A DNA stretch of 64,000 nucleotides. Origin: an uncultured Pseudomonadales bacterium (lineage in GTDB: Bacteria > Patescibacteriota > Microgenomatia > UBA1400 > PJMF01). The stretch covers positions 148,551 through 212,550 of the forward strand of contig CAZKVV010000001.1 in assembly GCA_964556485.1 (NCBI GenBank), given 5' to 3'. The notes beneath the pieces were generated by a model. That model saw only the letters and a program-made list of their open reading frames with translations, was not told the DNA's origin and ran no database searches. This document shows positions 36,448-45,268 of this stretch, one piece after another (the stretch's first letter is position 1; each line of letters begins with the position of its first letter). The position numbers were made by a program, and so were the translations under genes.

Positions 36448-36843
36448 TTATGCTTGCGTCTTTTCGGTTGTTACTTCTACTGCTTCAACGACTGGGGTTG
36501 GTTCTTCAACTGGTGCTTCTACAGGTTTTGCAGCTTCTAGAGCAGCAGCTGTAGCCTTAGCTTTTGCTTTTTTTGACAAACTTGGCTTCTTTGGTGGGAA
36601 TGGATTGCCAGATTCCAAGCGTTTGGCAAGTCCTGCAACAGTTGGAGTTGGTTGTGCGCCTTTAGTAAGCCACTCTTTGTATAATTCTAGATCAAGATCG
36701 AGAATTTTAGGTGTAGATGTTGGAGCATAATGACCGAGAATTGCGGTATATTTACCATCACGTTTTGTTTTTGCTTCGTTTAGCACAATACGGAAATGTG
36801 GTTGATTTTTCTTACCGAATCGAGCGAGTTTAATTTTGAGCAT
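36448..36843 (-). CDS. rpsP: 30S ribosomal protein S16 with Ala/Lys/Pro-rich C-terminal extension
   Basis: MLKIKLARFGKKNQPHFRIVLNEAKTKRDGKY. Confidence 0.9.
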   Translation of the reverse strand: MLKIKLARFGKKNQPHFRIVLNEAKTKRDGKYTAILGHYAPTSTPKILDLDLELYKEWLTKGAQPTPTVAGLAKRLESGNPFPPKKPSLSKKAKAKATAAALEAAKPVEAPVEEPTPVVEAVEVTTEKTQA

Positions 36844-36924
36844 ACTAGTTTCTTTGCTATATGTTAGTTTTGGTCTGACTACAGAGTTGAAATTATACTC
36901 CAGGAACCGGCGATTCTCAAGTAA

Positions 36925-37596
36925 CTAAATAGTGTTTGTATCAGGATACTTCTGGAGTGCTTTTTCGGCTGCCGCTTGTTGCGCTCGCTGCTTGCTTTTT
37001 CCTACACCAGTGCCTATGGTTTTGCCATCCACAACAGCATTAACTGTAAATTGTTTGTCGTGGTCTGGGCCTTCAGCCGCGATAACTTCATAGGTTGGTG
37101 TGTCAAATCCAAGCGACTGCACAATTTCTTGCAAGTGACTCTTGGCATCCTTATAGAGTTTATTAGTCAAAATGTCATCTATTTCGACGAAAAGCTCGGT
37201 ATGCAAGAAGGTTCTAACGACTTCAATGCCTTGGTCTAAGTACAGAGCTCCAATAATGGCTTCCATGGTGTCTGCAAGCAGGCTGCTATTAGTGCGTCCT
37301 CCGGTAGCTTCCTCTCCTTTGCTCATGTAGAGTTTATTTCCTAGGTCTAGTTGCGCGGCAATTTTTGCCAATGTGTTTGTTTTTACTAAAGCACTCCGGT
37401 AGGCAGTTAATATGCCCTCAGGTTGTTCAGGAAATTTTTCGTATAAGAACTCGGTTGCGATTAGTTCGAGTACCGCATCGCCAAGAAACTCAAGTCTCTC
37501 ATTACTCTCATTTGAGAGGGTACCAACTTCATTAAGGGCGCTGCGGTGCGTGAGCGCGGTAGTAAGTAGTGAGGTGTTGGTGAATTGAGGAATCAT
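36925..37596 (-). CDS. rnc: ribonuclease III
   Basis: ERLEFLGDAVLELIATEFLYEKFP signature and a C-terminal dsRBD. Confidence 0.9.
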   Translation of the reverse strand: MIPQFTNTSLLTTALTHRSALNEVGTLSNESNERLEFLGDAVLELIATEFLYEKFPEQPEGILTAYRSALVKTNTLAKIAAQLDLGNKLYMSKGEEATGGRTNSSLLADTMEAIIGALYLDQGIEVVRTFLHTELFVEIDDILTNKLYKDAKSHLQEIVQSLGFDTPTYEVIAAEGPDHDKQFTVNAVVDGKTIGTGVGKSKQRAQQAAAEKALQKYPDTNTI

Positions 37597-37599
37597 ACC

Positions 37600-37869
37600 T
37601 TAGCCAAGTTCAACTTCTTCACAAGCCACAGCAGCTAATCCTCGCACTGTTGTTACGCTCTCCTCTGCCGCGAGTTCTTTAGCGTTAAGATTAATTTGGA
37701 GCTCGTCATTTACTGCTGCAACAATGCGCAAAAAATCGGTTGGGCCAATTTCGAGTTCTTCATCAAGGATTGAATCGGGCGTGATTTCTTCAAAATCAGT
37801 GCCGGTTTCATCAGAAATAATGGTTCGAACTTGCTCAAGTATTGTTTCGTAGAGTTCTTGGTTAGTCAT
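37600..37869 (-). CDS. acyl-carrier-protein-like protein lacking the canonical phosphopantetheine Ser
   Basis: ACP-like helical pattern, but ITPDSILDEELEIGPTDFLRIV has Thr where the DSL Ser is expected. Lies upstream of rnc as acpP does in Firmicutes. The ORF could start at 37905, which would give a Lys-rich leader. Confidence 0.55.
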   Translation of the reverse strand: MTNQELYETILEQVRTIISDETGTDFEEITPDSILDEELEIGPTDFLRIVAAVNDELQINLNAKELAAEESVTTVRGLAAVACEEVELG

Positions 37870-38284
37870 GCTGATATTCCTCTTCTTTTTCTGTTGTTTC
37901 TTCATTAGTAGCTTCTTCTCCTTCTGGAAGAAGTAATGTGGCTAGCGCGCCATTAATAAACCTTGACGATGATTCGCTACCAAACTCTTTTGCCATCTCA
38001 ATAGCTTCATTGATTAACACTTTTTTTGGCGTATCTTTATGTTTTGATTCAAACACAATGCTACGTAGGATTGCAAGGTCCACTTGGTTAATTTCAGAAA
38101 GAGGTCTCTCTGGTGCTACAACCTGGATTTCAGCGTCTAGTTCTGTGAGTGAGGTTAGAATCTTGTAAATCGTAGAATCTGGCTCTCGCTCTTCCAAGCA
38201 AATAGCTGTATTTTGATCATTAAAAGTACAAGCAAATAAATCTTGCATTACTTTAATTCGTTTATCGTGTCGATAATCGGACAT
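37862..38284 (-). CDS. nusB: NusB-like transcription antitermination factor with acidic C-terminal tail
   Basis: RHDKRIKVMQDLFA N-terminus and an FINGAL (FVNGVL-like) motif. 140 aa. Confidence 0.65.
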   Translation of the reverse strand: MSDYRHDKRIKVMQDLFACTFNDQNTAICLEEREPDSTIYKILTSLTELDAEIQVVAPERPLSEINQVDLAILRSIVFESKHKDTPKKVLINEAIEMAKEFGSESSSRFINGALATLLLPEGEEATNEETTEKEEEYQHD

Positions 38285-38358
38285 ACAGTGACCCTATCCA
38301 CGCATTGAGGCTCACCTTCTAAAGGCGAGGACTGCGCTTAGTGTGTAACGAGAATTCG

Positions 38359-38520
38359 TTACTGTTTGATACCTACTTTTTTAAGGATATCATTAACTAG
38401 AGACTGTTTGTGAAGAGGAACCTTAGCAACGTTCGCATCTTTAGTTACTGTTGGTGTATTGCCTCGGCGTCTTTTACCTCGTTCAACACTTGTTATCTTA
38501 TTTTTTGGTAGTGCTCCCAT
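38359..38520 (-). CDS. rpmF: 50S ribosomal protein L32 (small ORF absent from the ORF track)
   Basis: Manual translation of the minus strand: MGALPKNKITSVERGKRRRGNTPTVTKDANVAKVPLHKQSLVNDILKKVGIKQ. The N-terminus matches the L32 pattern MAVPKRKTSKSRRDKRR. 53 aa. Confidence 0.5.
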   Translation of the reverse strand: MGALPKNKITSVERGKRRRGNTPTVTKDANVAKVPLHKQSLVNDILKKVGIKQ

Positions 38521-38623
38521 GGGGCCTTTCTTATCTTTTCGGTGGTAATTTTTGTGTTAGGTGTGCAGTATAGCACTTACATATACAAGAATCCCAGAGC
38601 CTAGAATAGTATCACTAGAGTAG

Positions 38624-40618
38624 TTAGTTGGCAAGTGGAATACTCTTGGTGGGTGTAGTGGTAAAAAGTGCCGACTCCCAGTGGGGTGGTAGGGTTTCTG
38701 AAACTGCCTTTGCGGTGGTAATGAGTTCAAGATTTGCCCAGTCTGCAAACTGCAAGGTTGAAAAGCCATGCTGACTGGTCCCGAAGATATCACCAGACCC
38801 TCTATTTTGGAGGTCTAATTCTGCAAGCTCTAGGCCTTTTTGAAGTTTGGTAAATGCTGACAAACGATTTTTGCTGGCAAGCGAATGACTGTTATTGAAC
38901 AGTATACAGTAGCCTTGTTGGCCAGCACGCCCGACTCTTCCCCGGAGTTGATGTAAGCTTGCAAGACCAAATCTTTCTGCGGCTTCGATAACAATAATGC
39001 TGGCTTTTGGTAAATCGAGACCAACTTCAACCATTGGTGTGGTGACCAAGACTTGAATCTCGCCTGCATACAGCTTTTTTATGACTGCGTTTTTCTCCGT
39101 TTTTTTCTGTCTACCATGCAGCAGGCCTAGTTTAAGCTCTGGAAATTGAGTTGTATATTCTTCCTGTAGTTTTGCAAATGTCTCCTCTGCCGCAGCAACA
39201 TTTTCTAGCGCTTCATACTCAGAAGGGTCAATAAAGGGACAAACAACGATTGCTTGTTGATCATTTGTTAGCACTTGCTGGGCTAGCCAAATCAGGGAGT
39301 CATGTCTTTTTGCCTCTGGAATTAACCACGTCTTGGTTTGTAGTCTGCCTTTGGGAAGTTCGTCAATAACGCTGACTCCTAGGTGAGAAAATAAGGTCAG
39401 GAGTAAGGTTCGAGGTATTGGAGTTGCTGTCATAGTTAACACATGAGGCATATATCCTAAAAACATCGCCTCAGAGCGATGAGAAACGCCAAAGCGGTGT
39501 TGCTCGTCGTAGACGATCAATGCTGGCTGAATTTTTTCCAAAGCGTTAATAACTGCATGTGTTCCCACATAGAAACTTGGTTTTGAGAAATCCTTTATTT
39601 TTACGGTACCGGTAAACAATTCTACTGGCATTTGGGGAAAAAGTTTTCGAAGTGTTTGGACGTGTTGTGCTGCCAAAATCGCCGTAGGTGCAATCAGTGC
39701 ACAACTGTGGCGCTTGGTAACGCACGCACTTGCAGCGAGTCCTGCTACTACCGTTTTTCCTGAGCCAACATCCCCAATGAGTAGTCGGTTCATAGGAGTA
39801 GTGCTGGTTAGTTCTGAAAGTATCGTTTTAGCAGCCGCTTGTTGTGATTGTGTCAATTCAAACGGAATAGCATTGGGAATGCCTTGGAGAATTGTTTGCC
39901 AATTGCCGGTCGGGATCTCAAAAGCTGGCGCAGAGTGCAACTGCTTCCACTCTTCTTTAATTTTGCTTGAAGTAGCAATGAGTGCCAAAAGTTCTTCTAA
40001 TGCTAGGCGATTTCTTGCGGCAACAATTGCTTCTTCAGAATCTGGAAAGTGAATCTGGGCTAGTGCAGTAGTGAGAAGCAATTGAGAAATAGATTGCTTC
40101 TCCCCCTGGACTAAGGTGAAGTTGTCGGTAATTTCCTTGAGAATCCGGCGCAAACTACCTTCTTTAATGGGAATAGTACTACTATAATGCGGCACTAATC
40201 GATTGGTGTGGATGGTATTTTCTGAAACTTTTTCAATAACTGGTTGGGTCATTGATTTATACTTTGAGCTTACTTTTCCACTGATAAAGTATTCTCTGCC
40301 TTCAGTAATATTGCTGATGACATGTGGATTGTTAAACCACATCAGCTTAACAGAACCAGTCGCATCGATTGCCTTTGCAGATTGGATGCTTTTTCTTCCT
40401 TTATAGAATGTTTTTGGAGCAGAAATGATTGCTTTAATGGTGACAATTTCATCAACTGGAGCTTCAGCAATAAATACCTGCAGCGAACGGTCTTCATAGC
40501 GGAGTGGAACTGCTAACAGTAAATCTTTGACAGTGAAATAGTCATTTTTGTGTAGCAGTGCAACGAGTTTCTCCCCTATGCCTTTGACGGCGACAAGAGG
40601 TGTAGAAAAAGTGTACAT
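38624..40618 (-). CDS. recG: ATP-dependent DNA helicase RecG
   Basis: Start at MYTFSTPLVAVKGIGEKL (wedge domain), helicase motifs I to VI (GDVGSGKT, DEQHRFG), and a TRG motif. Confidence 0.9.
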   Translation of the reverse strand: MYTFSTPLVAVKGIGEKLVALLHKNDYFTVKDLLLAVPLRYEDRSLQVFIAEAPVDEIVTIKAIISAPKTFYKGRKSIQSAKAIDATGSVKLMWFNNPHVISNITEGREYFISGKVSSKYKSMTQPVIEKVSENTIHTNRLVPHYSSTIPIKEGSLRRILKEITDNFTLVQGEKQSISQLLLTTALAQIHFPDSEEAIVAARNRLALEELLALIATSSKIKEEWKQLHSAPAFEIPTGNWQTILQGIPNAIPFELTQSQQAAAKTILSELTSTTPMNRLLIGDVGSGKTVVAGLAASACVTKRHSCALIAPTAILAAQHVQTLRKLFPQMPVELFTGTVKIKDFSKPSFYVGTHAVINALEKIQPALIVYDEQHRFGVSHRSEAMFLGYMPHVLTMTATPIPRTLLLTLFSHLGVSVIDELPKGRLQTKTWLIPEAKRHDSLIWLAQQVLTNDQQAIVVCPFIDPSEYEALENVAAAEETFAKLQEEYTTQFPELKLGLLHGRQKKTEKNAVIKKLYAGEIQVLVTTPMVEVGLDLPKASIIVIEAAERFGLASLHQLRGRVGRAGQQGYCILFNNSHSLASKNRLSAFTKLQKGLELAELDLQNRGSGDIFGTSQHGFSTLQFADWANLELITTAKAVSETLPPHWESALFTTTPTKSIPLAN

Positions 40619-40736
40619 GGTATTACAACAAGAATAAGCCACTTGCAAGACTACTGAGCACCAGGACTAAGATAATCATGATCACAAAAACATTGAGTAT
40701 TTTCTTCTTGACTGCCTTTTTCATGTTCTCCTTACG

Positions 40737-41960
40737 TTACGCTAGTGATAGTGCAAAATAGGCACGTTTACCAATTCGCAGATGGGTTACTGTTTTTGTT
40801 GGTTGCGTGATGGTTATCACGTATTGAGGATCACTAGGACGTTCACTACTGTGATCACTGTAAAAAATTTCGACTGCTCCCTGCATGATTAATCTACGCA
40901 AATTGGAGCTGCTTTCTTCTGACATGCACAGTTTAACGCATTCAAGCAGACTGATGAGGTCTTGGTTAATTTGCACTGTCGGCATGTCGACTGGCAGCTC
41001 TTTGTTTTGAACCGTTTTTTCGAAATGTTCTTGAGCCGATGTAGCAGCTTTGGTGTCGTGATACATTTCTGTAATACAAAAAGCTAGTTGCTTTTTAAAC
41101 TGCATGGGGTTTCCCCCCGCTCCTATGGCTGCCTGCATCGTTTCAATTTCATCACTCGATACTGAAGTAAGCACTAAAAAGTACTCGATTACCATTGAGT
41201 CAGCAATTGACATCAACTTTCCATACATATCAATAGGATTTTCGGTAAGCGCAATAAAATTATCGTACGACTTACTCATTTTTCGACCGTCAGTGCCATT
41301 AATTATTGGTGTGGTGAGCACCCACTTCTCTTTGTTGTGGTACTGTTTTTGCAAAGATCGACCCATCATCATGTTGAAGGTTTGGTCTGTTCCACCAATT
41401 TCTAAATCAACGTCCATGACAACTGAATCATAACCTTGTAGCAGTGGGTACATAATTTCATGTCCATGAATAGGTAGATTTTTAGACATTCTTTCCTGAA
41501 ACATGTCTCGCTCTAACAATTGCTGCACCGTGGTTTTAGCCATTAGTTTAACAATGTCTGAGTAGGTGAGTTTATCTAGCCAGTCGCCGTTGTATTTAAT
41601 TTCAATTTTAGAAAAATCGAGAACTTTGCTAGCCTGCTCCTTCCATGTTTGAAAATTCTCAATAATTTTTTCATTGGTGAGTTCGGGACGTGTAGAGTCT
41701 CTGCCCGTTGGGTCACCAATTTTTACGGTACCGTTGCCGATAAGTAAAATGACCTCGTGTCCTAGTTCTGCAAATTGCTGAAGTTTCCGTAGAACCACGC
41801 TGTGACCCAGGGTAAGGAGTGATCCAGTAGGATCTATGCCTAAGTATAATTTTAGACGTCTGCTTTGTAAGGCTTTTTTAAGTTCCTCAGTACTTGGAAG
41901 TACTTCTGCAACTCCGCGAGTTAGTACTTCATCAATTGAAAACGTTGTTTGATCTGTCAT
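40737..41960 (-). CDS. tyrS: tyrosine--tRNA ligase
   Basis: Class I Rossmann fold (LYLGIDPTGSLLTLGH), KMSKS motif, and a C-terminal S4-like anticodon-binding region. Confidence 0.9.
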   Translation of the reverse strand: MTDQTTFSIDEVLTRGVAEVLPSTEELKKALQSRRLKLYLGIDPTGSLLTLGHSVVLRKLQQFAELGHEVILLIGNGTVKIGDPTGRDSTRPELTNEKIIENFQTWKEQASKVLDFSKIEIKYNGDWLDKLTYSDIVKLMAKTTVQQLLERDMFQERMSKNLPIHGHEIMYPLLQGYDSVVMDVDLEIGGTDQTFNMMMGRSLQKQYHNKEKWVLTTPIINGTDGRKMSKSYDNFIALTENPIDMYGKLMSIADSMVIEYFLVLTSVSSDEIETMQAAIGAGGNPMQFKKQLAFCITEMYHDTKAATSAQEHFEKTVQNKELPVDMPTVQINQDLISLLECVKLCMSEESSSNLRRLIMQGAVEIFYSDHSSERPSDPQYVITITQPTKTVTHLRIGKRAYFALSLA

Positions 41961-41978
41961 ACCAGTGTATTGTACAGC

Positions 41979-42248
41979 TTACCGCTGCACCTTTCTTGAT
42001 GCTTTCATAATGAGTTCAAAGATTTGTTCAACATATTCTTGCGGAAGTTCTTGCAGCTTTGCTCGTTCTCGCATATTTGAAATAACTTGGTGTTCGCGTT
42101 CGTAGTCTCTCACCTTTAGCCCAAGCTCCTTTTTGAGCTCCCCAACTTTTTTAGTGATCTCCATACGCTTTCCCAGCAGATCTATGATTTGATTGTTTAG
42201 CGTATCGATCTCTACTCGAAAATATTCAATTTGTTTCATGCTTGCCAT
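41979..42248 (-). CDS. chorismate mutase, AroQ class (CM_2)
   Basis: Start at MASMKQ with an AAGGAG RBS. IEYFRVEIDTLNNQIIDLLGKRMEITKKVGELKKE matches the AroQ helix-1 RxxIDxxDxxLxxLLxxR pattern. 18 nt upstream of tyrS. Confidence 0.7.
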   Translation of the reverse strand: MASMKQIEYFRVEIDTLNNQIIDLLGKRMEITKKVGELKKELGLKVRDYEREHQVISNMRERAKLQELPQEYVEQIFELIMKASRKVQR

Positions 42249-42270
42249 TTTTACTCCTTTATTTTTCATA

Positions 42271-42330
42271 AAAAAAGCCCCTATTTATTTGGGGCTGTCG
42301 GAAGATGTTGTCGTACTGATTGAGCCCCTA
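42271..42330 (-). promoter_or_regulatory. candidate leader attenuator: terminator hairpin GCCCC-N9-GGGGC plus U7, with a competing upstream AGGGGCU segment
   Basis: On the minus strand the hairpin at 42277-42295 is followed by T7 and sits about 25 nt upstream of the chorismate mutase start. Upstream AGGGGCT (plus 42323-42329) could pair with the 5' arm as an antiterminator. Confidence 0.35.
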
Positions 42331-42592
42331 GCTGTTACTAAGATTGTAAGAATAGCTGGAGAATTGAGTGTACGTTCTCATAACAATACTTATTGTAACA
42401 TGTGCATTTTTTGTTTGCAGCTTAGATCAATGGTAAAATGGCAGAATGAAACCAACTGTGCAAAAGCTTGTGGTGCAATTCAAACAAGCAATTCATACAC
42501 TCGACGCTCGGCTCACTACTCGATTTGTGTGGTATCCTCAACTTAAAGGCAGACTACAGCAAAAGAGCCAAGTAGTGTTTAATGAAGTTACT

Positions 42593-45268
42593 ATGTTCAT
42601 GCGTCGCAAACAACGAGCTCGATCAAGAAAAGCTGGAGCAATAAATCCAGATCAAATGAAGCTTCGATACCTCAAGCTGTTTCGCTTTGGCGCCATAGCC
42701 TCTGTAGGTGGTGCTCTTGCAATGATTGTGTTGTTTTTTGTCGCAGTGGCATGGTTCTCTCGAGAACTGCCAAAACCAGGAGAAGTTGTTCGTCGTGAAG
42801 GATACAGTACTAAGATTTATGATCGCAATGGTGGACTCCTGTATGATCTTTTTGATGAAGAACGCAGAAATCCAGTCAAAACTGAAGATATACCAGAGCA
42901 TCTCAAACAAGCTGTTGTTGCAATCGAAGATAAAGATTTTTACAAGCACAGTGGGTTCGACTATTTAACTATATTGCGTATTCCATACAATTTTATTTTC
43001 AAACAACGCGTAGTTGGTGGTTCAACACTTACCCAACAGTTGGTCAAGAATGCTCTACTCACCAATGAACGAAGTATTTCAAGAAAATTTAAAGAATTTG
43101 TGTTGTCTTTGCAGTTAGAGCGCAAATTTTCTAAAGACGAAATTTTAACAATGTATCTTAATGAAGCTCCATATGGCGGCACTGCTTGGGGTGTTGGTAC
43201 TGCATCAGAAATTTATTTCAACAAAAAAGTAAATGAATTGAATTTAGTAGAATCAGCAATTTTGGCCGGACTTCCTCAACGACCTTCAGCCTACTCTCCC
43301 TACATTGGCAAAACAGATGATGATGGCGAACCACTTTGGAAGCTCCGCACCAGAGGTGTCTTGCGCAGAATGCAAGAGGATAACTACATTACCGACTTGG
43401 CGTATGAGCAATCTCTCGTAGATTTAGATAAGGTTGTGTTTGAACGCGGCTCGGTAGACATTAAAGCCCCTCATTTTGTTTTCTATGTTCAGGATCAGTT
43501 GGAAGAATTACTAGGTGAAGATGTGGTAAATGCCGGTGGATTTAAAGTTACTACTACTCTAGATTGGATCCTGCAGGAAGAAGCGCAAGCTATTGTGAAA
43601 GAGGAGATAGATGATGTAGCTCGTTTGAATATTACCAATGGCGCCGCAGTTATGATTGCACCTTCTAATGGTGAAATTATTGCCATGGTTGGAAGTAGAG
43701 ACTACAACGAATCGAGCATGAGTGGTCAGTTTAACGTTGTTGTAGATGGACTTCGACAGCCAGGATCTGCAATTAAACCAATCACCTATTTAGCTATGTT
43801 CCAACGAGGTTTTGCCCCATCAACAATGCTTGCTGACGTACAGACAACTTTCACACAGAATGACCAAATCGATCCATATGAACCAAAAAACTATGACGGT
43901 AAGTTTCGGGGTCCGGTTTCAATTCGTAATAGTTTGGGGAGTTCGCTCAATATTCCTGCGGTGAAGTCGCTAGCAACTGTTGGTGTTGGCTCGTTTTTAC
44001 AGCTCGCATATGACATGGGACTCAATACTTTTGAACCTACAGAAGCAAACATGAAGCGCTTTGGTTTAGCTGTTACGCTTGGTGGTGCAGAAGTGCACAT
44101 GCTAGATTTAGCTTCGGCATACAGTGCCTTTGCAAATGGTGGCAGCAGGGTTGCGCCAGTTTCAATTTTGAAAGTTGAAGATGCAAATGGTCGTACCGTG
44201 TACGCTCATAAACAGGTTTCAGGCAAAAAGGTCATGACGCCTCAAGAGGCATTTTTGATTAATCACATTTTGTCCGACAACGTTGCTCGTTACACTGCCT
44301 TTGGTTCTAACTCTCTCTTAAACTTGGGTGCCGGAGTAGCGGTCAAAACAGGTACTACTAATGATCAACGTGATAACTGGGCTATTGGTTGGAGCAGAGA
44401 TGTGCTCGTTACCGCATGGGTTGGAAATAATGATAATAGTGCAATGAAGCAAGTCGCCTCCGGTGTTTCTGGTGCAACTCCTATATGGAGACGCATCATG
44501 CAGGCTGCGCTAGAAAAGGATGGCATAGAGGCACCAGCCTGGGAGCCGCCACAAGGTGTGGAAAAAGTGAAAGTTGATGCAATTTCTGGGTATCCAGAAC
44601 ACGATTCTTTCCCGGCTCTAGAAGATTATTTTATTGCAGGTACTGTTCCAGAACTTCCAGATCCAGTTCATAGCAACTTAAAATTGTGTAAAGGTGAACG
44701 AAAATTAGCAACAGACGCTAAAATTGCCGCAAATGATTTTGATCTTTCTGAATTCATTATCTTAAATGAAAAAGATCCCTACAGTGAAGATGGCACTAAT
44801 AGATGGCAGCTGGGTATTAATTCTTGGATAAGTGGTCAAGAAGATAGTAGATACAAGGTGCCAACTGAGTACTGTGGAGACCAAGGTGAAGTTTTCGTGG
44901 ATGTGCGTGAACCACAAAATGAAAAGAATTTTGATGGCGAGTCGATTAAAATAGTTATTGAAGCTGAATCGCCAGAAGGAATTGAGAAAGTTGAGTTATA
45001 TGTTGATGGTCAATTGCGTGAAACTATTACTAATCGCAGGTACGAAGGAAATATTAGTTTGCCAAAAGGTAAGCACGAAATTTACGCTAAAGCATTTGAT
45101 AAAAAAGGCAAAGAACGTACTAGTAGCAAGAAGAAAATTGGAACGGGTGGTGTTACATGGAACCAAGCAGATCCAAGCCCTACCCCTACTCCTTCTCCTT
45201 CACCTACACCAGTACTTTCACCAATTCCAAGCGTGTTACCAAGTCTCACTCCTTCGCCCACACCATAA
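42593..45268 (+). CDS. bifunctional penicillin-binding protein 1A (GT51 transglycosylase + transpeptidase) with about 200-aa C-terminal extension ending in a PT-rich tail
   Basis: Start at MFMRRKQ, TM segment, GT51 motifs (EDKDFYKHSGFD, GGSTLTQQL), TPase SxxK/SxN/KTG motifs, and a C-terminal PSPTPTPSPSPTP tail. A sigma70-like promoter TTGTTT-N17-TGgTAAAAT lies at about 42406-42440. Confidence 0.9.
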   Translation: MFMRRKQRARSRKAGAINPDQMKLRYLKLFRFGAIASVGGALAMIVLFFVAVAWFSRELPKPGEVVRREGYSTKIYDRNGGLLYDLFDEERRNPVKTEDIPEHLKQAVVAIEDKDFYKHSGFDYLTILRIPYNFIFKQRVVGGSTLTQQLVKNALLTNERSISRKFKEFVLSLQLERKFSKDEILTMYLNEAPYGGTAWGVGTASEIYFNKKVNELNLVESAILAGLPQRPSAYSPYIGKTDDDGEPLWKLRTRGVLRRMQEDNYITDLAYEQSLVDLDKVVFERGSVDIKAPHFVFYVQDQLEELLGEDVVNAGGFKVTTTLDWILQEEAQAIVKEEIDDVARLNITNGAAVMIAPSNGEIIAMVGSRDYNESSMSGQFNVVVDGLRQPGSAIKPITYLAMFQRGFAPSTMLADVQTTFTQNDQIDPYEPKNYDGKFRGPVSIRNSLGSSLNIPAVKSLATVGVGSFLQLAYDMGLNTFEPTEANMKRFGLAVTLGGAEVHMLDLASAYSAFANGGSRVAPVSILKVEDANGRTVYAHKQVSGKKVMTPQEAFLINHILSDNVARYTAFGSNSLLNLGAGVAVKTGTTNDQRDNWAIGWSRDVLVTAWVGNNDNSAMKQVASGVSGATPIWRRIMQAALEKDGIEAPAWEPPQGVEKVKVDAISGYPEHDSFPALEDYFIAGTVPELPDPVHSNLKLCKGERKLATDAKIAANDFDLSEFIILNEKDPYSEDGTNRWQLGINSWISGQEDSRYKVPTEYCGDQGEVFVDVREPQNEKNFDGESIKIVIEAESPEGIEKVELYVDGQLRETITNRRYEGNISLPKGKHEIYAKAFDKKGKERTSSKKKIGTGGVTWNQADPSPTPTPSPSPTPVLSPIPSVLPSLTPSPTP

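Noticed and set aside
42446-42592. Upstream 49 codons of the PBP1A ORF
   Set aside because: This region contains the sigma70-like promoter (TTGTTT-N17-TGgTAAAAT) and so is 5' UTR. The conserved PBP N-terminus (cytoplasmic K/R-rich tail plus TM) starts at 42593.
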